This document shows, one piece after another, positions 30,207 to 37,997 of a DNA stretch of 64,000 bases; the first letter of the stretch is position 1, and every line of letters begins with the position of its first letter. Location of the stretch: the NCBI GenBank assembly GCA_038231275.1, contig JBBRLQ010000017.1, positions 131,530 to 195,529 on the forward strand, read 5' to 3'. The stretch is from Polyangiales bacterium (lineage in GTDB: Bacteria > Myxococcota_A > Polyangia > Polyangiales > Polyangiaceae). Position numbers and translations under genes: made by a program. The notes under the pieces were generated by a model. The model was not told the DNA's origin. It saw only the letters and a list, made by a program, of their open reading frames with translations, and did no database searches.

Positions 30207-31661
30207 ATGACCGTAGAGGCCACCCCGGACGCCGTTGCCGACGCCGGCCCGGCCAGCTCGCGCGAGCTCTTCGGCCACCCGGTCGGGCTCTACGTCCTCT
30301 TCTTCACGGAGATGTGGGAGCGCTTTTGCTACTACGGCATGCGCGCGCTCCTGGCGCTGTACGTCGCGCACCACCTGTCGCATGCGGACATCGCGCCGCA
30401 GGTGGCAGGGCTCGCGGCGGTGCGCGGCGGGATTGAGTCGGTCTTCGGCAAGCTCGACGACGAGCAGTTCGCCGACCAAATCTACGGCCTCTACACCGCG
30501 TTCACGTACCTGACGCCGCTCTTCGGCGGCATCTTGGCCGATCGCCTCATCGGGCAGCGGAAGAGCGTGGTGATCGGCGGCGTCATCATGGCGATCGGCG
30601 AGTTCATGATGATGAAAGAGTCGCTCTTCTTCCCCGCCATGCTCACGCTGGTCATCGGCAACGGCTTCTTCAAGTCGAACATCTCGACGCAAGTGGGCGG
30701 CCTCTACAAGAAGGGGGACGAGCGCCGCGACCGCGCGTTCAACATCTTCTACGTCGGCATCAACCTGGGCGCGTGGCTGTCGCCGTTCATCTGCGGGACG
30801 CTCGGGCAGAGCAAAGGGAGCGACGGGGTCGAGCACTGGGGCTGGGGCTTCGGCGCGGCCGGCGTGGGGATGATCGTTGGACTCTGCATCTATCTGTGGG
30901 GGCAGCGCTTCCTCGCGCCCGACCAGATCATGAAGAAGAAGGCGGCGGCCCAGACCGCGAGCACGCCGCCGAAGAAGCCGCTCACCAAGGGCGAGTGGGC
31001 GCGCGTGATCGCGCTCATCGTCCTCTGCGCGCTCAACATCTCGTTCTGGGGGGTGTACGAGCAGCAGGGCAACTCGCTCCAGTTCTGGGCCGACGGCAAG
31101 GCGGATCTCCACATCTTGCGGTGGCTCGGCAGCGAGTGGGAGATGCCGTCGACGTGGTTCCAGTCGGTGAACCCGATGTTCATCTTCACGCTCACCGCGA
31201 TCATCAACCCGTTCTGGGCGTACCTCGCGAGGAAGGGGAAGGATCCCTCGAGCGTCGCGAAGATGGCGATCGGCTGCTTTTTGCTGGGGATCTCGTTCCT
31301 CGTGATGATCGGCGGCGGGCGCGTCGTCGACGGCGGGCACAAGGCGAGCTTCGGGTGGCTCGTCGGCTGCACGTTCTTGCTGACGCTCGGCGAGCTGTAC
31401 CTTTCGCCGGTGGGGCTCTCGCTCGTGACGAAGATTTCGCCACCGAAGATCGTGTCGATGATGATGGGGATGTGGTTCCTCTCGAGCTTCTTCGGCAACT
31501 ACGCGTCGGGGTACCTGGCGACGTTCGCGAACCGAATGTCGAACAGCTCCTTCTTCCTCCTGCTCGCGGTCATCTCGCTGGTCACCGGCGTGCTGATGAT
31601 CCTCCTCTACCGGCCGCTGCGCCGCGCGATAGGGGACGAGAACGAAGCGGCGACGGTCTGA
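30207..31661 (+). CDS. POT-family proton-dependent oligopeptide transporter (MFS)
   Basis: GHPVGLYVLFFTEMWERFCYYGMRALL (ExxERFxYY), GNGFFKSNIS, FYVGINLGA, FQSVNP, GELYLSPVGLS. Confidence 0.95.
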   Translation: MTVEATPDAVADAGPASSRELFGHPVGLYVLFFTEMWERFCYYGMRALLALYVAHHLSHADIAPQVAGLAAVRGGIESVFGKLDDEQFADQIYGLYTAFTYLTPLFGGILADRLIGQRKSVVIGGVIMAIGEFMMMKESLFFPAMLTLVIGNGFFKSNISTQVGGLYKKGDERRDRAFNIFYVGINLGAWLSPFICGTLGQSKGSDGVEHWGWGFGAAGVGMIVGLCIYLWGQRFLAPDQIMKKKAAAQTASTPPKKPLTKGEWARVIALIVLCALNISFWGVYEQQGNSLQFWADGKADLHILRWLGSEWEMPSTWFQSVNPMFIFTLTAIINPFWAYLARKGKDPSSVAKMAIGCFLLGISFLVMIGGGRVVDGGHKASFGWLVGCTFLLTLGELYLSPVGLSLVTKISPPKIVSMMMGMWFLSSFFGNYASGYLATFANRMSNSSFFLLLAVISLVTGVLMILLYRPLRRAIGDENEAATV

Positions 31662-31673
31662 GGAACGAACCCC

Positions 31674-32612
31674 GTGGACGCGCTCGCTCTCATGTACGAC
31701 GCACCGGCGACGGTCGGATGCCCTAGCGAGTTGGAGTTCCGTGCCCAGGTCGCCGCACGCGCGGGGACGACCGGGCGCGCCGATCAGACCTTCCGGGTGA
31801 AGATCACGAGCGGCGATGCATTCGAAGGGCGTCTCACCATCGTAGATCGCGGGGAAACTGCAATGCGTCTCCTCAGCGCCGCAACCTGCGCCGAGCTGGG
31901 GCAAGCGTTAGCGCTCGCGCTCGCGACGGCGCTCGAGTCCGACGAGCCGACACCCGAACGTTCACAGGCGCCCTCCGACCCTCCTCCAAATCCCGCAACT
32001 CTCGCCGTCGCCCCCCCCGCATCGGCTTCCGCACCCTCGCGCGTTCCCGTTCCCGTTCCCCTTCCGGGAGCGGGCACGACAGACGCCCTCCCACGGGCAC
32101 ACACGCCTCGACGCGCGGCCGCCGGACTCGCTGGCGGACCTGCAAGCGGACTCGGCCCGCTCCTCGCGCCGGAGCTCGCAGTCTTCGCGGAGCTCGCATG
32201 GGGCGTTCGCACGGCGCGCCTGAACATCGCGACCTCACTTGGTGGTTCGATCCCCGCGGGCGATGCGCACGGCCTGCTCCGTCGCGCGGCTCTGCGGGTC
32301 GACGGCTGCCCGCTCGCGTGGGACCTCGGGGTCATCACCCCGTCCCTCTGCGCGGTTGTCGAAGGAGGCCTCCTTGTGGCGAGCGGCAGGGGCGGGGCGA
32401 GCCCGGAGTCGACGGTGCGTCCTTGGGCGGCTGCGGGTGTCCTCGCGCGCGCGCGCCTCGACGTCTCGGACCGATTTTTTTTCGAGATTGAGACGCGCGC
32501 GGCTTTTCCATTCTGGCGCGATCAGTTCTTTTTCCGCCCAAGTACGGACATTTACACTGTGCCAGTCGCCACATTCGCTACCGAGCTTGGGACCGGCGTG
32601 CGGTTTTGGTGA
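31674..32612 (+). CDS. Hypothetical ECF-associated protein with C-terminal beta-barrel-like region (possibly 5'-truncated)
   Basis: GCPS..FRAQVAAR, CAELGQALAL, Pro linker, amphipathic beta strands, C-terminal aromatic (GVRFW); no signal peptide. Confidence 0.6.
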   Translation: MDALALMYDAPATVGCPSELEFRAQVAARAGTTGRADQTFRVKITSGDAFEGRLTIVDRGETAMRLLSAATCAELGQALALALATALESDEPTPERSQAPSDPPPNPATLAVAPPASASAPSRVPVPVPLPGAGTTDALPRAHTPRRAAAGLAGGPASGLGPLLAPELAVFAELAWGVRTARLNIATSLGGSIPAGDAHGLLRRAALRVDGCPLAWDLGVITPSLCAVVEGGLLVASGRGGASPESTVRPWAAAGVLARARLDVSDRFFFEIETRAAFPFWRDQFFFRPSTDIYTVPVATFATELGTGVRFW

Positions 32613-32618
32613 TGAAAC

Positions 32619-33257
32619 GTGCAATCCGCGGTCATACCTAGCGCCCCTATGATCGGTCAGGCCTCTGCCCGCATTCCCGCCTGTCCGGCGAGTGGCGTCC
32701 TCGCCGAGACGGGGGCGCGTGCGAAGGAGGAGGCGACGCGGCTCGAGGGCATCGTACGTGGGCATTACGCGTTCTTGTGGCGCTCGCTTCGTCGTCTCGG
32801 CGTGGCCGAGCGTGAGGTGGACGACGCGCTCCAGCGGGTCCTCGCCGTCCTCGCGCGCCGATTGGGTGAGATCGCGCCGGGTGCCGAGCGCAGTTTCCTC
32901 TTTCAAACCGCTCTGCGCGTCGCGGCGGAGATGCGCCGCGCAAACGCGCGCGGACGGCTTTCGTTCGACGAGGCCGCCGTCGACCGTGCGCGCGACGGCG
33001 CCCCTCTTCCTGACGAGGTTTTGGAGCGTCGTGAAGCGCGCGCGATCCTCGATGAGGTCCTGGACGCGCTCCCCCTCGACGTCCGCGCGGTCTTCGTTCT
33101 CTTCGAGCTCGAGCAGCTCACGACACCGGCGATCGCCGAGCTTCTCGCGATCCCTCCGGGCACCGTGAGCTCGCGGCTCCGGCGCGGCCGCGAGGAGTTC
33201 CAGACCCTCGCAAAACGACTCCGAGCCCAACGGGTGTTCGCGGGAGGTGCCACGTGA
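32619..33257 (+). CDS. ECF-family RNA polymerase sigma factor
   Basis: Region 2 (HYAFLWRSLRRLGV..VDDALQRV..SFLFQTA) and region 4 (LDALP..RAVFVLFELE..IAELL.IPPGTVSSRLRRGR). Confidence 0.93.
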   Translation: MQSAVIPSAPMIGQASARIPACPASGVLAETGARAKEEATRLEGIVRGHYAFLWRSLRRLGVAEREVDDALQRVLAVLARRLGEIAPGAERSFLFQTALRVAAEMRRANARGRLSFDEAAVDRARDGAPLPDEVLERREARAILDEVLDALPLDVRAVFVLFELEQLTTPAIAELLAIPPGTVSSRLRRGREEFQTLAKRLRAQRVFAGGAT

Positions 33258-34090
33258 GCGATCCGAAGCGACTCCTCGATGCCGACGTCTCGACGTTCGA
33301 ACGCTCCTTGCTCGCCTCGGGCGCAGGGGACCTCGCCCCGAAAGGCGGCGAAGACCGTGCCCTCGCGGCGCTCGGAATCGCGGGAGCCACCGCCGGAGTG
33401 ATCGCGGCCAGCGCAGCGGCCAAAGCCAGCGCGAGCGCGACGCCCGTAAGCGCCGCGGCGACGAAGATCGCTACGGCGGTACTCATCAAGTGGGCGAGCC
33501 TCGGCCTCATCGCGACCGCGGCCACGGCCGGCACGATCGTCTTCGTTGCGACCCCGGCGCAGCCTCCAGCGCAAATCGAGGCGCAATTCCCGATGCCGCC
33601 TCCCAGGCTCCAAGCGGCGCCAAGACCGAATGCGAAGCCCATCGGAACACCAATTCCAGAGCCGACGCCTGCGACGACGCCGACTCCGATCGCGACGCCG
33701 ACGCCGACGCCGACTCCGACTCCGATCGCGACTCCGACTCCGATCGCGACTCCGATCGCGACGCCGACTCCGACTCCGATCGCGACGCCGACTCCAACCC
33801 CGATCGTTGCGGCGGCGCCTCTGTATCCCGAGCTCACGGCGCTCGACCGCGCTCGCGACGCGCTTCGTGCGAGGGATGCCGCGGGGGCAATGCGTGCGCT
33901 GGAGGAGTATGACGCCCGCTTCCCGCGGGGTTCGCTCCGCGAAGAAGCAGATGTCGCGTGGATTCAAGCGCTCCTCGACCACGGAGACGTCGCCGCGGCA
34001 GAGGCTCGTGCGCGGGCCTTCCTCGCGGGGCGGCCGCAGAGCGCCTACACAAAACGTGTGCGGCAGCTCCTCGCGAAGACGAATCGGTGA
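33254..34090 (+). CDS. Putative anti-sigma factor (TM helix, Pro-Thr linker, C-terminal TPR)
   Basis: GTGA overlap with ECF; MSDPKRLL start; Ala-rich region, TM, (PT) repeat, ELTALDRARDAL..YDARFPRGSL.EEA..AFL...PQS. Confidence 0.8.
   Translation: MSDPKRLLDADVSTFERSLLASGAGDLAPKGGEDRALAALGIAGATAGVIAASAAAKASASATPVSAAATKIATAVLIKWASLGLIATAATAGTIVFVATPAQPPAQIEAQFPMPPPRLQAAPRPNAKPIGTPIPEPTPATTPTPIATPTPTPTPTPIATPTPIATPIATPTPTPIATPTPTPIVAAAPLYPELTALDRARDALRARDAAGAMRALEEYDARFPRGSLREEADVAWIQALLDHGDVAAAEARARAFLAGRPQSAYTKRVRQLLAKTNR
33662..33805 (+). repeat. Coding hexamer microsatellite (CCGACK)n encoding PTPTPIAT linker
   Basis: Tandem ccgacg/ccgact/ccgatc/gcgacg units. Confidence 0.85.
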
Positions 34091-34133
34091 TGAGGAGTCG
34101 CCCCTCCCGGCCATCCCCCCGCGGAGGAGACGA

Positions 34134-36053
34134 ATGTTGAAACCCACTACCCTTGCGCTGACGGTCGCCCTCGGAACGGCAATCGCCGCGACGGCGTGCG
34201 GCGGTCACGTGGCCCTCGGCGGGGCGGATGATGCCGGCGGAACCGGAAGCAATGGCGGAGACGCGGGCGCAGCCGGAACGACCGGCAACGGCCTGCCGAG
34301 CGCCAACGGCGGAACGATCGTCCCCGTAGACAACGCGCCGACGGGAACGCTCACCCAAGCGAGCAAGGTCGATCTGCTCCTCGTCATCGACAACTCCGCG
34401 TCGATGGGCGACAAGCAAGCCCTCCTCCGCAAAGCCGTTCCCGATCTGGTGACGCGACTCGTCGCCCCGAGCTGCGTGGACGCGAACGGCACCACGGTGG
34501 GAACGTCCGTAAACGGCACCTGCGCGCAAGGCAAGCTCGAGTTCGCGCCCGTTCGCGACATGCACGTCGGCGTCATCACGACCTCACTCGGCGGTCGCGG
34601 CGGCGACGTTTGCGACGGCACCGATCCCGTGGGCCAAGGCGCGAGGCGCTACGACAACGATCAGGCTCACCTTGTGATGAGAGACATCCCCCTCGCTTCC
34701 CGCTACCCCTCCGGCTTTCTCGTTTACGGAGACTTCGGCACCAAGGATCCCGCGCAACTTCGTGGCGACCTGCAGAACCTCATCGCCGGCGTGGGCGAGT
34801 ACGGCTGCGGTATCGAAGCGCAGCTGGAGAGCTGGTACCGGTTCCTCGTTCAGCCCGATCCCTACGCCAGCATCGTCGCCGATCCCGCGGACGGCCGCAG
34901 GAGGGCCCTCGCCGGGATTGATACGAGGCTACTTCAGCAGCGCCACGACTTCTTGCGTCCCGATTCGCTCGTCGCCATCGTCCTTTTGACGGACGAGGAC
35001 GATTCGGCGGAGGATCCGATGAGTGTCGGCGGACAGGGATGGGCGTACAGCATGAAGCGCTTTCCGGGTTCCGTCGGCGGCGGGGCGGCGCGTGGCACGT
35101 CGACCTGCGCAAGCAAGCCGACGGACAACGCTTGCACGTCGTGCGCCTTTCCAGGTGTTGGTTCGGACCCGTCGTGCCAACTCCCAGGGGACACGGACAC
35201 CGCGAGCGGGCAACCGCAGCTTGGTTACTACAAGGCGGCGGAAGACACGCTGAACACGCGCTACGTGCGAATGAAGAATCGCTACGGCGTTGATCCGCAG
35301 TTTCCGTTGTCCCGATACTTCCTTGGCCTCTCTTCGGCGAAGGTCCCCACTCGCGATACGGAGCATGGCGTTTCGCCCATCAACAACGCACCCGGGTACG
35401 TGGGCACGCCGGTCTGTACCAATCCTCTCTTCGCCGCGAGGTTGCCGACCGGCGCCGTGGGCGAGGACCTCTGCAACCTTCCTCCCGGGCCGCGCGCGGC
35501 GAACATGATCGTCTTTGCGACGATAACCGGCGTCCCCTCTCAGCTGCTCAATGGGGCGCTCGAGACGACCGCGTGGACGCGCATCGTGGGCGCCGATCCC
35601 CTCGCGTACGACTACTCCGGCGTCGATGTGCACATGATCCCATCGCAGACGCCGCGCGCCGGGCTGCCGGCCCCGGATGTGAGCGACACGGCCGATCCGA
35701 TGAGCGGCCGCGAATGGGACACCGGCGGCAGCGATTTGCAGTACGCGTGCACGTTCAAGCTGGCCGACCCCAAGGACTGCAAGGACCCTACATTCGCGGG
35801 CGCCTGTGATTGCACATCGGGCACCCCTCCCCTTCCGCCGCTCTGCGACGCTGCGGTTCGAACGACCCAGATCCGAGGCAAAGCGTACCCCGGGGTTCGC
35901 CAGCTCCAGCTCGCTCGCATGCTCGGCCCGCGCGCCGTGGCCGCGTCGATTTGCCCGCAGGACGTGCCGGAGGCCGACCCGCAGTACGGCTTTCGCCCTG
36001 CCCTCGAGAGTCTCGGCAACCGGATGGCGCGCTCGCTCGTCCCGCAGCAGTAA
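34134..36053 (+). CDS. vWA-like (MIDAS) domain lipoprotein
   Basis: GGAGGAG RBS, lipobox ATAC, KVDLLLVIDNSASM (DxSxS), GCGIEAQLE, FLRPDS..LLTDEDD. Confidence 0.8.
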   Translation: MLKPTTLALTVALGTAIAATACGGHVALGGADDAGGTGSNGGDAGAAGTTGNGLPSANGGTIVPVDNAPTGTLTQASKVDLLLVIDNSASMGDKQALLRKAVPDLVTRLVAPSCVDANGTTVGTSVNGTCAQGKLEFAPVRDMHVGVITTSLGGRGGDVCDGTDPVGQGARRYDNDQAHLVMRDIPLASRYPSGFLVYGDFGTKDPAQLRGDLQNLIAGVGEYGCGIEAQLESWYRFLVQPDPYASIVADPADGRRRALAGIDTRLLQQRHDFLRPDSLVAIVLLTDEDDSAEDPMSVGGQGWAYSMKRFPGSVGGGAARGTSTCASKPTDNACTSCAFPGVGSDPSCQLPGDTDTASGQPQLGYYKAAEDTLNTRYVRMKNRYGVDPQFPLSRYFLGLSSAKVPTRDTEHGVSPINNAPGYVGTPVCTNPLFAARLPTGAVGEDLCNLPPGPRAANMIVFATITGVPSQLLNGALETTAWTRIVGADPLAYDYSGVDVHMIPSQTPRAGLPAPDVSDTADPMSGREWDTGGSDLQYACTFKLADPKDCKDPTFAGACDCTSGTPPLPPLCDAAVRTTQIRGKAYPGVRQLQLARMLGPRAVAASICPQDVPEADPQYGFRPALESLGNRMARSLVPQQ

Positions 36054-36140
36054 GCCACGGGTCGAGGTCACCCAGAGCATATCCCGGCAGGCGCCAGCTC
36101 GAGACAGGCGGCGACGTCCAGTCGCAGCGAACGATCCTCT

Positions 36141-36164
36141 CGCAGCTGGAAACGCAGCTGAAAA
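36141..36164 (+). promoter_or_regulatory. 12-bp tandem repeat, candidate upstream activator site
   Basis: CGCAGCTGGAAA CGCAGCTGAAAA, about 135-160 bp upstream of the sigma54 -24 box. Confidence 0.5.
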
Positions 36165-36298
36165 TAGCCGCGCGCGAGCGAAGAGCGATCCATCAGCGCG
36201 AATATCCCACACGACCCAAATCGGGACCCGTGGCGGAATGTTCGACCGACCTCGTCGCACATCGAAAAACTTTTCCGTCGCCGCGCGCTTTTCGCCGG

Positions 36299-36314
36299 TG
36301 GCACATCGGCTGCA
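36299..36314 (+). promoter_or_regulatory. Sigma54 (-24/-12) promoter of RiPP operon
   Basis: TGGCAC-ATCGG-CTGCA, GG-N10-GC spacing, 51 bp before the precursor ATG. Confidence 0.65.
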
Positions 36315-36365
36315 ATTCGATCTGCTCGAACGGCGCGCGGCGCGCCTCACCACGAGGAGCAGATC

Positions 36366-36719
36366 ATGAACGACGGAAACAAGAAGGCGACGCTGAAAGA
36401 GCTCACGCCCATCGATCCGGATTTTCTCACGGTCGTCGTCGGAGGCTGCGCGAGCTCGATGAAGGTCATCGGGGTCTCGGACGACGGCGGAGGCGCGCAA
36501 GCCGACGGCGGCGGAGGTGACGGCGGCAGCGGTGACGGTGGCGGAGCCGGCGACGGTGGCGGAGGAGCAGGAGACGGCGGCGGCGGCGGCGACGGCGGCG
36601 GCGGCGACGGCGGCGGCGGCGGCGGCGACGGCGGCGACGGGGGCGGCGGCGGAGGGGATGGCGGCGGAGGGGACGGCGGCGGCGGCGACGGCGGCGGCGG
36701 CGGCGGCGGAGGGGCCTGA
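36366..36719 (+). CDS. Putative RiPP precursor peptide (double-Gly leader, Asp/Gly-repeat core)
   Basis: GAGGAG RBS; leader MNDGNKKATLKELTPIDPDFLTVVVGG; core CASSMKVIGVSD followed by 13 DGG units; first gene before RRE and rSAM genes. Confidence 0.85.
   Translation: MNDGNKKATLKELTPIDPDFLTVVVGGCASSMKVIGVSDDGGGAQADGGGGDGGSGDGGGAGDGGGGAGDGGGGGDGGGGDGGGGGGDGGDGGGGGGDGGGGDGGGGDGGGGGGGGA
36480..36716 (+). repeat. (GAC-GGC-GGC...) low-complexity repeat encoding D-G(2-8) units
   Basis: Direct reading of sequence. Confidence 0.9.
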
Positions 36720-36729
36720 TTCCCGCGCG

Positions 36730-36772
36730 GACGGACGCCCTCGCGCACGACCACGCGCGAGGGCGATCCGTC
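36730..36772 (+). terminator. Strong stem-loop between precursor and maturase genes (mRNA stabiliser/attenuator)
   Basis: GACGGACGCCCTCGCGC-loop8-GCGCGAGGGCGATCCGTC: 17-bp stem with 1-nt bulge; no U-tract. Confidence 0.65.
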
Positions 36773-36810
36773 GGAGACCAGATCGCCTCGCGACCACCAG
36801 GAGACCCACC

Positions 36811-37083
36811 ATGAGCACGTCACGCGTTCCCGTCCTCGCCAAGCACCTGCGCCTCCGCAAGCACGAGCCCGTCGCGTACAACGCGCGGCGCTCCGAGTTG
36901 CACAAGCTCAACGCGACCGCGTATGCGATCTTGGGTCTGGTCGATGGCGCGCGCACGGTCGAGCAGATCGCAGTCGCGTGCATGGACGGCGACGACGCGG
37001 CGGCCGTCGCGTTCGCGCCCAAGGTCGAGACGTTCCTCGAGCGGTGCAAGAGCCAAGACATGATCGCGTGGAGCGCGACGTGA
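36811..37083 (+). CDS. PqqD-family RiPP recognition element (stand-alone RRE)
   Basis: AGGAG RBS; 90 aa; HKLNATAYAILGLVDGARTVEQIA...VETFLERCKSQDMI matches the PqqD LNxTAxxIWxLxDGxRTVxxI pattern. Confidence 0.88.
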   Translation: MSTSRVPVLAKHLRLRKHEPVAYNARRSELHKLNATAYAILGLVDGARTVEQIAVACMDGDDAAAVAFAPKVETFLERCKSQDMIAWSAT

Positions 37084-37997
37084 CCGTCGCCGCGCCGTTC
37101 GCGGTCAGCTGGTATCTCACCAAGCGCTGCGATCTGTCGTGCCGCCACTGCTTCGTGCCGGTGGTGCGCCCCGACGACGCGCGCGGCGAGGTCGACACCG
37201 CCACGGCGAAGCGCTTCATCGCGTCGATCTGGAATTCGGACGTCTACATCCTCTCGTTCGCCGGCGGCGAGCCGATGCTCCGTCAGGATTTCTTCGAGCT
37301 CGCCCGCTTCGCGCGGGACCTCGGGCTCACGGTGCTCACGAGCACCAACGCGCAGCGCCTCGACGACGCCACGCTCGACCGCATCGTCGACGCCGGATTC
37401 CAGTCGCTCCAGGTGAGCCTCGACGGCCTCAGCGCGGCGCCCCACGAGGCGATCCGCGGCGCCGGCACGTTCGACGTCGCGCGCCGCGGGCTCGAGCTCA
37501 CGATGCGGCGGAGCGTGGGGGGGTTGAAGGTGGTCCTCGCCGTGGCGCTCCACCGGCGCATCCTGCCGGAGCTCGACGCGATCCTCGCGTTCGCGCGCGA
37601 AAGCGGCATTTTTTCGCTCAAGCTCCAGCCCGTCGCGCGGCCGTTCCGTTACGCCGACGGCACGCCTGGGCACATCTCGGAAGACGAAGCGGCGCGCGCG
37701 ATCGCCCACGCGAAGCGCGGCCTCGACGGCTCCCGCGTGCAGCTCGCCTACGCGAGCTGGGTCGACCTCTTCCTGCGCGGCGACGCCCGCCAGAGCTGCG
37801 CGCTCGGTCTCCGCACCGCCATCGTCGACGCCGAAGGGCGCGTCTCGACGTGCGACGAGATGCCCGGCACAGGCGACGCCATCGGCGGCTCTTTCTCTGA
37901 CGCGTGGGAGGCCGCCGTCCGCGAGGAGCGCGCCCGCCCGCGCTGCGGTTGCTACGCGTTTCGGGATCGCAAACGGCGTCTACTGGAGGTGGCGTGA
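37080..37997 (+). CDS. Radical SAM enzyme with truncated SPASM (Twitch-like) domain
   Basis: GTGA overlap; CDLSCRHC, FAGGEPML, STNA, VSLDG..HEAIRGAGTF; SC..GRVSTC..CGC at C-terminus. Confidence 0.92.
   Translation: MTVAAPFAVSWYLTKRCDLSCRHCFVPVVRPDDARGEVDTATAKRFIASIWNSDVYILSFAGGEPMLRQDFFELARFARDLGLTVLTSTNAQRLDDATLDRIVDAGFQSLQVSLDGLSAAPHEAIRGAGTFDVARRGLELTMRRSVGGLKVVLAVALHRRILPELDAILAFARESGIFSLKLQPVARPFRYADGTPGHISEDEAARAIAHAKRGLDGSRVQLAYASWVDLFLRGDARQSCALGLRTAIVDAEGRVSTCDEMPGTGDAIGGSFSDAWEAAVREERARPRCGCYAFRDRKRRLLEVA

Noticed and set aside
31659..31673. Stop-codon read-through fusing the POT transporter to the next ORF (same frame)
   Set aside because: No SECIS-like or read-through signal recognised; in-frame adjacency has a 1-in-3 chance.
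36347..36823. Poly-Pro ORF antisense to the precursor
   Set aside because: Mirror of the GGC repeat; the plus strand has the RBS, promoter and operon context.
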